From: Patescibacteria group bacterium
GTDB lineage: Bacteria; Patescibacteriota; Minisyncoccia; Minisyncoccales; Staskawiczbacteraceae
Assembly (NCBI GenBank): GCA_038065715.1
Contig: JBBTQL010000004.1
Location: 35,693 to 99,692 of the forward strand
Direction: 5' to 3'
DNA: 64,000 nt
Part shown: positions 32,698-42,187 of the stretch, piece by piece
Layout of the letters: each line of letters starts with the position of its first letter
How positions within the stretch are numbered: position 1 is the stretch's first letter
Position numbers and translations under genes: made by a program
Notes under the pieces: model-generated
What the model was told of the DNA's origin: nothing
The model's database searches: none
The model's input: only the letters and a program-made list of their open reading frames with translations

Positions 32698-34527
32698 ATG
32701 AAGAACAAGGAAATTGCTAAAATATTTTATGAAATAGCGAAATTTTTAGAAATAGAAAGAGTGGCTTTTAAGCCCTATGCTTATGAAAGGGCTGGTAATT
32801 CCTTAGAAGCATTGAAAGAAGATGTGGGCGATATTTATAGAAAAGGCGGGGCAAAGGCTTTGCAGGAAATTTCAGGAGTCGGCAAAAATATTGCAGGGCA
32901 TATTGAAGAGTATTTAAAAAATGGAAAGGTAAAAATCTACGAACAGCTTAAAAAGAAATTGCCCCTTAAAATAGATGAGTTGATTAAAGTAGAAGGTTTG
33001 GGCCCAAGAAAAATAAAAATTCTTTATCAAAAATTAGGCGTTAAAAATTTGAAAGATTTGGAAAAGATGGCTAAGGCGCATAAAATAGCCCCGCTTTTCG
33101 GTTTTGGAGAAAAAACAGAAAATAATATTTTAGAAGGCATTGAATTTTTAAAAAGAAGCAAAGGCCGGTCTCGTTTGGGAGACATAATGCCAATAGTAGA
33201 AGAAATTTTTGAAAATTTAAAAAATTTAAAAGAGGTTGAAAAAATCAGTTTAGCTGGCTCTTTAAGAAGAAGAAAAGAAACTATTGGAGATGTTGATATT
33301 TTAGTGGTTTCCCGCCCAGCAGGGCGAGGCTCGCCTGGTGAGGCGGCTAATAAAGTAATGGATTTTTTTGTTTCTCAAGAGGGCGTAGAAAAAGTATGGG
33401 GCAAAGGAGGAACAAAAGCATCGGTTCATATGAAATATGGATTTGATATGGATTTAAGAATTGTTCCCGAAAAAAGTTATGGCTCTGCTTTGCAATACTT
33501 TACCGGGTCAAAAGACCACAATATTGTTACAAGAAAAATTGCCATAGAAAAAGGCCTAAAATTAAGCGAGTACGGAGTTTTTAAAGGAAAAAAACAGATT
33601 GCCGGTAAAACAGAAGAAGATGTTTATAAAGCAATTGGTTTGCCATTTATAGAACCAGAATTAAGAGAAAACGAAGGCGAAATTGAGGCGGCTCTTCGAC
33701 AAGCTCAGGGTAAACTTCCGGGATTGCCAAAAATAGTTGAGTTAAAAGATATAAGGGGGGACTTACATTGCCATTCAAAACCCGATGGAGTCGCCCATTT
33801 GAATGTCGGAGAAAAATCGATTGAAGAAATGGCTAAAGTGGCAATGGCTATGGGTTACGAATATATTGGAATTTCTGATCATACAAAATTTTTAAAAATT
33901 GATGATGGTTTAGACGAGAAACAATTATTAAAACAAAATGAAGCAATAAAAAAAATAAATACCCGCCTCCGCCAACCTGCGCTTCGCCAAAGGCTTCGGC
34001 AAGGCGAGGGCTTCGGCGGGCAAGAAAAATTTCGCATACTTCACGGATGCGAGGCAAATATTCTACCGGACGGTTCAATAGATATTAAAGACGAAGTTTT
34101 GGCTCAATTAGATTATGTTATAGCTGGCGTTCACAATGCTTTAAAACAAGAAAAACTAAAAATGACAGAAAGGTTAATAAGAGCAATGAAAAATCCGAAT
34201 GTTGATATTATTTCGCATCCAACGGGCAGATTAATAGGCAGCAGAGACGAATATCAAATTGATTTTGATAAAATTTTAGAAATAGCAAAAGAAACCGGAA
34301 CAATTTTGGAAATTAATTCGTCTCCTTACAGATTAGATTTAAAAGACTTATATGTCAGAAGAGCAAAAAATGAAGGCGTGAAAATGATTATAAATACCGA
34401 CAGCCACCAAAAAGAGCAATTAAATCTTATGGAATATGGAGTTTCGCAAGCCAGAAGAGGTTGGGCGGAGAGAGAGGATATTATAAACACAAATTCATTA
34501 GACGGATTATTAAAATATTTTAAATGA
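32698..34527 (+). CDS. DNA polymerase X family protein with a C-terminal PHP domain
   Basis: N-terminal HhH/Pol-beta-like region (GVGKNIAGHIEEYL, GDVDIL). PHP motifs DLHCHS and ISDH. Two in-frame GC inserts (33311-33346; 33962-34021). Confidence 0.85.
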   Translation: MKNKEIAKIFYEIAKFLEIERVAFKPYAYERAGNSLEALKEDVGDIYRKGGAKALQEISGVGKNIAGHIEEYLKNGKVKIYEQLKKKLPLKIDELIKVEGLGPRKIKILYQKLGVKNLKDLEKMAKAHKIAPLFGFGEKTENNILEGIEFLKRSKGRSRLGDIMPIVEEIFENLKNLKEVEKISLAGSLRRRKETIGDVDILVVSRPAGRGSPGEAANKVMDFFVSQEGVEKVWGKGGTKASVHMKYGFDMDLRIVPEKSYGSALQYFTGSKDHNIVTRKIAIEKGLKLSEYGVFKGKKQIAGKTEEDVYKAIGLPFIEPELRENEGEIEAALRQAQGKLPGLPKIVELKDIRGDLHCHSKPDGVAHLNVGEKSIEEMAKVAMAMGYEYIGISDHTKFLKIDDGLDEKQLLKQNEAIKKINTRLRQPALRQRLRQGEGFGGQEKFRILHGCEANILPDGSIDIKDEVLAQLDYVIAGVHNALKQEKLKMTERLIRAMKNPNVDIISHPTGRLIGSRDEYQIDFDKILEIAKETGTILEINSSPYRLDLKDLYVRRAKNEGVKMIINTDSHQKEQLNLMEYGVSQARRGWAEREDIINTNSLDGLLKYFK

Positions 34528-34538
34528 AATTTAAAAAT

Positions 34539-34567
34539 TTGACACAGAGTTGAGGGGGGGGTATTAT
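34539..34567 (+). promoter_or_regulatory. Promoter TTGACA-N17-TATTAT whose spacer holds a G8 homopolymer (candidate phase-variable promoter)
   Basis: ttgaca 34539-34544. Spacer cagagttgaGGGGGGGG (17 nt, G run 34554-34561). tattat 34562-34567. Directly upstream of the secreted protein gene at 34665. Confidence 0.5.
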
Positions 34568-34664
34568 AAGATAATATCAAAAATATCAAATTTTTAGTTT
34601 TTAATTTCTAATTTTTTAAATAATTTTTCAATTTTAGAATTTTAAAATTAAAATTTAATAGCAT

Positions 34665-36359
34665 ATGAGAATAAAATATTTTTTAATAACAGCTGTTTTA
34701 GCAACATCAATTTTAGGTTCTGGCGGTTTTGTGAAAGCGCAAACCACAGACAATTCAGCGTTAATTGCCCAACTTCAAGCGCAAATTCAGGCAATTCTGC
34801 AACAAATAGCGCAACTGCAAGCTCAGCAAGATACAAACGCGGTCCAAAACTCTGCGTCAGAAAATGCTAATTCAGACAGTTCAAAAGCAAACTGGTGCTA
34901 TAATTTCAAACAAAACTTGTGGATTGGTAAAAATGGCAGGCCTGTTGAGGCTTTACAGATTGCTTTGTCTAAAGAAGGTTTGTTTGACGCCAGTTTAATT
35001 AAGAATCCATGGAGATTTGGCCCCTCTACCTTATTGGCAGTAATCAAGTTTCAGAATAAATATAGCATAAAACCAACAGGATATGTGGGCTTCGCCACAA
35101 ACAAAAAACTAAACGAACTCTACGGCTGCAAAACCACCGAGTCATCAGTTACAGTTACTTCGCCCAACGGCGGAGAGGAGTGGGTGCGAGGGTCAACTCA
35201 TAATGTTACGTGGACGTCTCAAAATGTGGAAAGAGATGTTTATCTTACAATTAAAAACTTTGACACAAACGTCATAAAGAGCATTTCTTTAGCGCCTGTT
35301 TCGCCGGTCAGCGATTCTGCTTCTTTTAATATTCCGTCTGATTTGGCCGTGGGAAACAAATATAAGGTTAGAGTGGGAAATAGCGATGTTTCAGATTACA
35401 GCGACAATTATTTTAGCATTCTTGATACAACAACTTCTTCAAATGCGTCTATTACCGTCACTTCGCCCAACGGCGGAGAAACATGGCAAGTCGGCGGAAC
35501 GCATAATATCACATGGTTCAGTCAGGGTGCAAATGCTATAAATTATAATGTTCAAATCGGAATTATTGATAATCGCTATAGTACGGAATCAGGAGATAGA
35601 TCCGAAAAAATTATAGTAAATTCTATTCCTAATACTGGCAGTTATTCTTGGACGGTGCCTCAATCTATTGGAACAATGAATCTGAATGATACTATCCAAC
35701 CGGTTTATAAAATTGTTGTACATTCTCGAAGTGATGCGGTTACAGGAGTGGCTCTTGGAGACTCGAGCGATAATCCTTTCAGTATTGTGGCGCCGACGGT
35801 TGCCTGTACGTCATTTACCTATTCAGCTTGGGGGGCTTGCCAGTCAAACAATACCCAAACAAGAACAGTTGTATCATCCTCGCCAACTGGATGCGCAGGA
35901 GGCAGCCCAATATTATCGCAATCTTGCGGAGTAGTAAAGACTGTATTCAGCAATAGCCAAATTTATCTTGACGCCAATAGCAAAGTAGCGCCCTTGTCTT
36001 GCACTAATTATAAGTGTAACGGCTCTTTTGGCTATTGCTCTGCTTCTTGCGGAGGAGGATATTATCCAGATAATTTAACAGCCCAGAAATTGTGCCAGAA
36101 AAAAGGTTACGATGCAGCTTCAAGTTTCACCATAAAAAATGGTTTTTATGCATCTTGCAGCGATAACTATATGTGGAAATGGAATGGGGTTAGCGCTGAA
36201 TATGTTTGGTCTTGCGTTAAAAATAGCGGTATAGACACTGTCACTTGCTCAAAAACTGTTGGGACTACGGCAAGCATTGATTCTCAAGATCAATTAGCGT
36301 CTATTTCTAGCGCAATACAAAGAATAGCTCAACAAATTCAAGCATTATTTGAAAGGTAA
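34665..36359 (+). CDS. Secreted protein with a peptidoglycan-binding domain, repeated SPNGGE-W-type beta domains and a Cys-rich C-terminus
   Basis: Signal peptide MRIKYFLITAVLATSILGSGGFVKA. Q-rich coiled coil. PG_binding_1-like GKNGRPVEALQIALSKEG...IKFQNKYSIKPTGYVG. Two VTVTSPNGGEEW/ETW..G.TH.TW repeats. Many Cys in the last 150 aa. Confidence 0.65.
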   Translation: MRIKYFLITAVLATSILGSGGFVKAQTTDNSALIAQLQAQIQAILQQIAQLQAQQDTNAVQNSASENANSDSSKANWCYNFKQNLWIGKNGRPVEALQIALSKEGLFDASLIKNPWRFGPSTLLAVIKFQNKYSIKPTGYVGFATNKKLNELYGCKTTESSVTVTSPNGGEEWVRGSTHNVTWTSQNVERDVYLTIKNFDTNVIKSISLAPVSPVSDSASFNIPSDLAVGNKYKVRVGNSDVSDYSDNYFSILDTTTSSNASITVTSPNGGETWQVGGTHNITWFSQGANAINYNVQIGIIDNRYSTESGDRSEKIIVNSIPNTGSYSWTVPQSIGTMNLNDTIQPVYKIVVHSRSDAVTGVALGDSSDNPFSIVAPTVACTSFTYSAWGACQSNNTQTRTVVSSSPTGCAGGSPILSQSCGVVKTVFSNSQIYLDANSKVAPLSCTNYKCNGSFGYCSASCGGGYYPDNLTAQKLCQKKGYDAASSFTIKNGFYASCSDNYMWKWNGVSAEYVWSCVKNSGIDTVTCSKTVGTTASIDSQDQLASISSAIQRIAQQIQALFER

Positions 36360-36373
36360 TCAATTAGAGAATG

Positions 36374-36405
36374 AAACCAGCCCAATGGGCTGGTTTTGTT
36401 TTTAA
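36374..36405 (+). terminator. Intrinsic terminator (aaccagccc/gggctggtt + T-run)
   Basis: Hairpin immediately after the stop of the 34665 gene. Confidence 0.6.
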
Positions 36406-36424
36406 TAGTTGATATAATAATCCA

Positions 36425-36916
36425 ATGCCAAAAGAAAAGTCAGCTGGAGTTATAATTTTTAGACGGGAACCCTTCGACCCGGCTCAGGGTAAAAAATCTG
36501 ATATTTTTTACCTGCTTTTGCATTATGCTCCGTCTGAGCCGGGAAAACATGGACACTGGGGGTTTGCAAAAGGGCATATTGAAAAAGGCGAAACAGACGA
36601 AGAAACAGCTAAAAGAGAAGTCGCTGAAGAAACTGGCATTAAAGACCTAAAAATAATTTCTGGATTTAAAGAATTAGAAAAATATTTTTTTAGGCAGGTT
36701 TACGGGCTAAAGGGCGAAGCAAGAAAAAAAGCGCCGTGGGTTTTCAAATCAGTTGTATTTTTTTTAGCTGAAACAAAAATTAAAGATGTTAAAATTTCAG
36801 AAGAACACGCTGGTTTTTTGTGGCTGGCTTACGGAGATGCTGTTAGAAAAATAAGTTTTAAAAACTCAAAAGAGCTATTAAAAAAAGCAAATGAATTTTT
36901 AGAAGAAAACAAGTAA
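36425..36916 (+). CDS. NUDIX hydrolase
   Basis: Nudix box GHWGFAKGHIEKGETDEETAKREVAEETGI. In-frame GC insert at 36470-36490 (EPFDPAQGKK). Confidence 0.8.
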   Translation: MPKEKSAGVIIFRREPFDPAQGKKSDIFYLLLHYAPSEPGKHGHWGFAKGHIEKGETDEETAKREVAEETGIKDLKIISGFKELEKYFFRQVYGLKGEARKKAPWVFKSVVFFLAETKIKDVKISEEHAGFLWLAYGDAVRKISFKNSKELLKKANEFLEENK

Positions 36917-36917
36917 A

Positions 36918-36962
36918 ATAAAAAACCGTCCTTCGATAATCTTGGGACGGTTTTTCGTTTTT
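36918..36962. terminator. Bidirectional terminator (aaccgtcc...ggacggtt), same hairpin family as 28166-28200
   Basis: Lies between convergent nudix and rplT. T/A runs on both sides. Confidence 0.5.
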
Positions 36963-36968
36963 AAATAA

Positions 36969-37319
36969 TTATTTTGATTTGACTTTTTCTATTATTTTCA
37001 CAAAAATTTCAGGATGCTTTTTTGCCAATTCAGACAAAATTTTTCTATCAAGCTCAATTTTATTTTCTTTTAATCCGTGAATGAGCCTGCTGTAATTTAT
37101 GCCGTTTTCTCTAGCTAAAGCATTAATTTGCAATTGCCAAAGCTGCCTGAAGTCTCTTTTTTTAATTTTTCTGTCGCGATACGAATAAGTCCACGCATGC
37201 CTTAAAGCATCTTTTGCCAGCTTATATTTTGATTTTCTGCCCCACTTAAAACCTTTCGCATGTTTTAATGTGTTTTTTCTATGTTTTCTGGCTGATACTG
37301 CTCTTTTTACTCTTGCCAT
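36969..37319 (-). CDS. rplT: 50S ribosomal protein L20
   Basis: MARVKRAVSARKHRKNTLKHAKGFKWGRKSKYKLAKDAL... Confidence 0.9.
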   Translation of the reverse strand: MARVKRAVSARKHRKNTLKHAKGFKWGRKSKYKLAKDALRHAWTYSYRDRKIKKRDFRQLWQLQINALARENGINYSRLIHGLKENKIELDRKILSELAKKHPEIFVKIIEKVKSK

Positions 37320-37331
37320 ATTTTTGGATTT

Positions 37332-37547
37332 TTATATATGTAAAAATCTTTTAATTTTTTTAGTTTCGGATTTGGAAACTTGAATCCATTTACGGCCTTT
37401 TCTTTTCCTTGCGCCTGATTTTTTAGCTTGAAGATGGTTTTGCCCGGAAAGCCTTCTTAAAATTTTTCCGGTTTTTGTTATTTTAAACCTTTTTACTAAT
37501 GCTTTTTTTGTTTTATTCATATTTTTATTTTTATTCTTTTGAAACAA
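37332..37547 (-). CDS. rpmI: 50S ribosomal protein L35
   Basis: ...KTKKALVKRFKITKTGKILRRLSGQNHL... bL35. The infC-rpmI-rplT operon order is conserved. Confidence 0.85.
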   Translation of the reverse strand: MFQKNKNKNMNKTKKALVKRFKITKTGKILRRLSGQNHLQAKKSGARKRKGRKWIQVSKSETKKIKRFLHI

Positions 37548-38037
37548 TTACTGTGAATCCCTTTGGCTCTCTTTTCAATTCTCTTTCAACCTTTATTGGC
37601 ATTAATTTATCTATATTTTCTAAAAACATCAGCACTTTTTTCTTTGCAAAATCTCCCAATGCCTTTTCTCTTCCTCTTAATACCATAGACAATTTAACTT
37701 TGTCTCCGCCTTTTAAAAATTTTTCTGCCTGTTTTGCCCTAATATCCATATCATGCGGCGAAATATTAAAGGTAAGCCTTATTTCTTTTAATTCTCCGCC
37801 CTTAGGATGCGCTACTTTTTTTTCTTTCTTTTGCAAAGAGTAAAGATATTTTCCATAGTCTCCAATTCTGCAAACCGGCGGTTCAACTTTTTCTGTAACC
37901 TGGATTAAATCCAAACTCTTAGATTTTGCCAAATCAATAGCCTCAAATATACCCATTACCCCGAGCTGGTTTCCAGCCTCGTCTATAATTCTTACCTCTT
38001 TTGCCCTTATATAATTGTTTATTAAAACTTTATTCAA
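37531..38037 (-). CDS. infC: Translation initiation factor IF-3
   Basis: INNYIRAKEVRIIDEAGNQLGVM...LDLIQVTEKVEPPVCRI. A non-ATG start is likely, as usual for infC. Confidence 0.85.
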   Translation of the reverse strand: MNKVLINNYIRAKEVRIIDEAGNQLGVMGIFEAIDLAKSKSLDLIQVTEKVEPPVCRIGDYGKYLYSLQKKEKKVAHPKGGELKEIRLTFNISPHDMDIRAKQAEKFLKGGDKVKLSMVLRGREKALGDFAKKKVLMFLENIDKLMPIKVERELKREPKGFTVIVSKE

Positions 38038-38054
38038 TTGTATTTATTATTTTA

Positions 38055-38403
38055 GTGGAAGCGCCGGGGTCGAACCCGGGTCCAGAAATTTTTTAAAAAT
38101 AAATCTACAAATTTATCTTGCTTTGTTGTTTGGATATTAAATAAGAAGCAAGAAAAATGTTTAATATCCTAATTCTCGTAAATCTCGACAGTTCCCCGAG
38201 AAATAAAACTGCCTATCCTGAAAATATAACACCCTCGGTCCATTTATCAGGAGTCAATGGCGAGGATGCAGCATTAAGCTAAAGCTAGTGCTGGTTGCCT
38301 ATTAAATAAATTAGCAATTATGTTTTTTCTATAAGTTTAACCAGGTTATAGAAAACTGGATTTGCATATTTTTAATGAAACATCTGTCAAAACTTACGCT
38401 CCC
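38055..38403 (-). ncRNA. ssrA: tmRNA (SsrA)
   Basis: 3' end GGACCCGGGTTCGACCCCGGCGCTTCCA (T-arm + acceptor) at 38056-38083 on the minus strand. 5' GGGAGCG at 38397-38403 pairs with the 3' CGCUUCC to form a 7-bp acceptor stem. Candidate tag reading frame gct aat tta ttt aat agg caa cca gca cta gct tta gct taa gives (A)NLFNRQPALALA* (plus 38274-38315). Lies immediately downstream of smpB. Confidence 0.65.
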
Positions 38404-38404
38404 A

Positions 38405-38908
38405 TTATCCTCTTAATTCGCGATTAACCTCGCGCTCTGTGTCTCTTTTCTTTATTTCCTCTTTTTTGTTGTATTTTTTCTTTCCCTTAGCCAATCCGAA
38501 TTCAAGTTTTATCCTACCATTTTTCTCGTAAACTTTCAAGGGTATCAGCGAAAAACCCTTCATATTTGACTTTCCTGCAAGAAAATTTATCTCTTTTTTG
38601 TTCAAAAGCAGTTTTCTTTGCCTTTCTGGATTATATCCCTCTGGCGCGTTTTTTGGCTGATAAGCTGGAATTTTAGCTCCTATTAAAAATACCTCTTCAT
38701 TTCTTAAAACAACATAAGAAGCAGTTAGAGTAATATGCCCGCCCCGAATTGATTTTACTTCTGTGCCAATCAAAACAAGCCCCGCTTCAAACTTGTCGAG
38801 TATTTCATAATCATAGTAGGCCTTTTTGTTTTCACTGAAAATTTTCATATTTTTCTTTAAGCTTAGCAGTTGTTTTATATTACCACAACTATTGACAAAT
38901 GTAAACAA
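38405..38908 (-). CDS. smpB: SsrA-binding protein SmpB
   Basis: ...KKAYYDYEILDKFEAGLVLIGTEVKSIRGG...LLLNKKEI... The likely true start is the internal MKIFSEN (~38848). Confidence 0.85.
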   Translation of the reverse strand: MFTFVNSCGNIKQLLSLKKNMKIFSENKKAYYDYEILDKFEAGLVLIGTEVKSIRGGHITLTASYVVLRNEEVFLIGAKIPAYQPKNAPEGYNPERQRKLLLNKKEINFLAGKSNMKGFSLIPLKVYEKNGRIKLEFGLAKGKKKYNKKEEIKKRDTEREVNRELRG

Positions 38909-38951
38909 TGGGTGTATAATTAATATAATATGATCTGTTGATTTATTTCTC

Positions 38952-39101
38952 TGCCGTCCCCGGTCAGATTCGTCTGATCGAGGGCTTTTTTATTGTTTTT
39001 TTGTCCGTGTGCGGCTTTTTCACTCGAGTGAAAAAGCCGCACCTTTTGAAAATTAGAAACCCGCTTCGCCCGCGAAGCGAGGCGAGTTGAAAATTGAAAA
39101 T
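38952..39101. repeat. Intergenic cluster of three GC-rich palindromes plus a (GAAAATT)2 repeat
   Basis: Hairpin 38952-38984 + T-run. Perfect 34-nt palindrome gtgcggctttttcactcgagtgaaaaagccgcac 39008-39041. ccgcttcgcccgcgaagcgagg 39061-39082. ttgaaaattgaaaatt 39086-39101. Confidence 0.5.
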
Positions 39102-39152
39102 TAGCCCATGAGCCCTTTAAATTTTAGCTAAAATAAGGTAGACTAAGAAATA

Positions 39153-39830
39153 ATGAATAAGGAAACTATAATAATTTCACTGGGTGGGTCGCTTGTAGCG
39201 CCGGGGGAAATTGATATTGGATTTTTGAAGAATTTTAAGCACGCTTTGTTAAAATACTTAAAGTTAAAGCGTTTTTTTATTATTGTAGGCGGAGGCAAAA
39301 TTTGCAGAAATTACCAAAAAACATTATCAGAATTTGGCGCAAAAGATGTTGATAAGGACTGGATAGGAATAAATGTTTCAAAATTAAACGCAGAAGTTGT
39401 AAAACAGGTTTTTTCTAAGTTTTCTTTTTCTGAAATTATTACAAACCCTACAAAAGAAATAACAACTAAAAAAGATATTGTTGTAGCGTCTGGCTGGAAA
39501 CCTGGCCGCTCTACTGATTACTGCTCCGTTGTGATGGCAAAAAAAGCCGGTATTAAGACGATTATAAACTTAACAAATATTGATTATGTTTACGATAAAG
39601 ACCCAAAACAGTTTCCTGGAGCTAAAGCCATAAAAGAAATAAGCTGGAAAGATTTTAGAAAAATTATTGGTGATAAATGGAGCCCTGGATTGTCAGCTCC
39701 CTTTGACCCTGAGGCTTCAAAAATTGCAGAAAAATTAAAATTAAAGGTGGCAATGATTAACGGCAAAAATTTAGAACGCCTTGAAGATTTTTTAAACAGT
39801 AAGCCATTTATTGGAACTATTATTCAATGA
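39153..39830 (+). CDS. pyrH: Archaeal-type UMP kinase (amino-acid kinase family)
   Basis: IIISLGGSLVAP...FIIVGGGKICRNY...VASGWKPGRSTDYCSVVMA... matches the short (~225 aa) archaeal PyrH architecture. Confidence 0.6.
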   Translation: MNKETIIISLGGSLVAPGEIDIGFLKNFKHALLKYLKLKRFFIIVGGGKICRNYQKTLSEFGAKDVDKDWIGINVSKLNAEVVKQVFSKFSFSEIITNPTKEITTKKDIVVASGWKPGRSTDYCSVVMAKKAGIKTIINLTNIDYVYDKDPKQFPGAKAIKEISWKDFRKIIGDKWSPGLSAPFDPEASKIAEKLKLKVAMINGKNLERLEDFLNSKPFIGTIIQ

Positions 39831-41482
39831 TAAAAGAAGAAATAAAAAAAATAGTGGAAAACTCAATTAAAAACCTGCAAAAACAGGGCGCATTTTTAAA
39901 ATTAAAAATGCCAGAAATTTTAATTGAGCGGCCTAAAGAAAAAATACGCGGTGACTATTCAACCAACATTGCCTTTGTAATTGGAAAAGATGTTTTGAAA
40001 AATCCATTTGAAACGGCATTGCTTTTGAAAACAGAAATTGTCTCGCTTTGCGAGATCTCGCGCAGCGAGAAAAAACAAAAATCTGTAATAGAAAAAGTTG
40101 AGGTAGTGGGAGGGTTTATTAATTTTTTTGTTGCTGACGATTATTTTAAAAATCAGCTGCAAATTATTTTAAAACAAAAAAACAAATTTGGAGATTTAAA
40201 ACTTGGTAAAAGTCAAAAAGTAAACATAGAATTTATTTCTGCAAATCCAACAGGGCCGTTAACTTTAGGAAACGGCAGAGGAGGATTTTGTGGCGATGTT
40301 TTGGCTAATGTTTTAGAAAAAGCAGGATATAAAGTTGAAAGAGAATATTATATTAACAATACCGGAGCTCAAATTAAAAAACTTGGGCATTCTGTAATTG
40401 GAGATGCAGAAGCTGTTTACAAAGGAAAATATATTATTGATTTAAGAAACAAAGTTAAGGGAGATGACCCCGAGAAAGTTGGAGAAAAATCGGCAAAAAT
40501 TATTTTAGAAAAAATGATAAAGCCGTCTGTAAAAAAAATGGGAATTAAATTTGACACATGGTTTTCAGAAAAAACTCTCTATAAAAATAAAGAAGTAGAT
40601 AAAACAATACAAGAATTGGCTAAAAAAGGGTTCACCTATGAAAGCGAAGACGCTGTGTGGTTTAAATCTAAAGAATTGGGCGATGACAAAGACAGGGTTT
40701 TGGTGAGAGCCGACGGAATTAAAACATATTTTGCTTCAGATATTGCTTATTTTAAAAATAAATTTAAAAGAGGGTTTGGTAAACTTATTATGTTTTTGGG
40801 AGCCGACCACTATGGATATGTTCCGAGGCTAAAAGCTGCCTCGCTTGCTTTTGGTTTTAAAAAAGACAGTATTGATGCTATTGTTATGCAGTTGGTGCGG
40901 CTTTATGAAAAAGGCAAAGAAGTAAGAATGGCAAAAAGGACTGGTATTTATGTAACAATAGATGAGTTAATTGGCGAGGTTAGTTTGGATGTTGCCAGAT
41001 TTTTCTTTTTAATGATAAGCCCTAATACCCACATGAATTTTAATTTGGATTTAGCAAAAGAAAAATCAGAGAAAAATCCGGTTTTTAAAGTGCAATATGC
41101 GCATGCCCGAATTTGCTCAATTTTCCGAAAATTTGGAAATTTCAAATTTTCCCGATTTCATCGAGGATCCTCAATGGCAAAGCCATCGGGACAAATTTCA
41201 AATTTAAAATTATTAAATGAGCCGAGCGAGTTAGGGTTAATTAGAGAATTAATTAAACTTCCAGAAATTATTGAAGAGATAGCTAAAGATTATCAAGTTC
41301 AAAGACTACCGCAATACGCAATGGATTTAACTGATGCATTCCATAGATTTTATGAAAACTGTAAAGTCCTGAGCGAAGTCGAAGGATTGCGTGATGCCCG
41401 CTTGTCTCTTGTTATGGCAACAAAAATTGTTTTAAAAAATACATTAGACTTAATGGGAATATCTGCTCCTGAAAAAATGTGA
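39827..41482 (+). CDS. argS: Arginyl-tRNA synthetase
   Basis: ISANPTGPLTLGNGRGGFCGDVLANVLEKAGYKV class I signature. C-terminal anticodon-binding DALR domain. Composite heptamer + palindrome insertion at 41129-41210 is in-frame. Confidence 0.9.
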   Translation: MIKEEIKKIVENSIKNLQKQGAFLKLKMPEILIERPKEKIRGDYSTNIAFVIGKDVLKNPFETALLLKTEIVSLCEISRSEKKQKSVIEKVEVVGGFINFFVADDYFKNQLQIILKQKNKFGDLKLGKSQKVNIEFISANPTGPLTLGNGRGGFCGDVLANVLEKAGYKVEREYYINNTGAQIKKLGHSVIGDAEAVYKGKYIIDLRNKVKGDDPEKVGEKSAKIILEKMIKPSVKKMGIKFDTWFSEKTLYKNKEVDKTIQELAKKGFTYESEDAVWFKSKELGDDKDRVLVRADGIKTYFASDIAYFKNKFKRGFGKLIMFLGADHYGYVPRLKAASLAFGFKKDSIDAIVMQLVRLYEKGKEVRMAKRTGIYVTIDELIGEVSLDVARFFFLMISPNTHMNFNLDLAKEKSEKNPVFKVQYAHARICSIFRKFGNFKFSRFHRGSSMAKPSGQISNLKLLNEPSELGLIRELIKLPEIIEEIAKDYQVQRLPQYAMDLTDAFHRFYENCKVLSEVEGLRDARLSLVMATKIVLKNTLDLMGISAPEKM

Positions 41483-41536
41483 AATTTAGCTATGCTGAAT
41501 TTCATCCTGAGCTATTGCGAAGGATAAATTATTACT

Positions 41537-42106
41537 ATGAAACTAAATAATAAATACTATGTTTTACGCCATGGGGAGGCTTTGTCTAATGTTAAAAATA
41601 TTGTTTCTTGCTGGCCTGAAAAATTTGAAAATTCATTAACAAAAAATGGAATATCGCAGATTAAAATAGTTGCGCAAGAGTTAAGGAATAAAAATATAAA
41701 TTTAGTATTAGCTTCAGATTTATTAAGAACTAAACAAACAGCAGAAATCAGCGGCAATATTTTGGGAATAAAGCCGGAATATGATAAAAGGCTAAGAGAA
41801 ATTGATTTTGGGATCCTTAACGGGGGTTTGGCATCAGATTTCGAAAAATATTTTAAAAATTATTTAGAAAGAATAGACAAGGCCACGCCAGAGGGAGAAA
41901 ACTATAAAGATGTTTTTAAAAGAGTTGCTGATTTTTTTAAAGAAATAAATAATAAATATAAAGATAAAAATATCTTGATAATTAGCCACCAGGCCCCGCT
42001 TTTTCTACTGGAAGGATATATGAGGGGTTTTTCGATTGAACAAACTATCGAAAATTTTCCAGAAGAAAAAATGCTTCGCAACGGAGAATTAAGAGGATTA
42101 AATTAG
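41537..42106 (+). CDS. Histidine phosphatase family protein (phosphoglycerate mutase-like)
   Basis: YYVLRHGEALSNV RHG motif. SHQAPL near the C-terminus. Confidence 0.7.
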   Translation: MKLNNKYYVLRHGEALSNVKNIVSCWPEKFENSLTKNGISQIKIVAQELRNKNINLVLASDLLRTKQTAEISGNILGIKPEYDKRLREIDFGILNGGLASDFEKYFKNYLERIDKATPEGENYKDVFKRVADFFKEINNKYKDKNILIISHQAPLFLLEGYMRGFSIEQTIENFPEEKMLRNGELRGLN

Positions 42107-42187
42107 AAGTATTGACAGATTTTTTAAAAAAGATAAAATGAATATGTAATACAAATTATTACATATTATAATTAATATTTTAATTTT

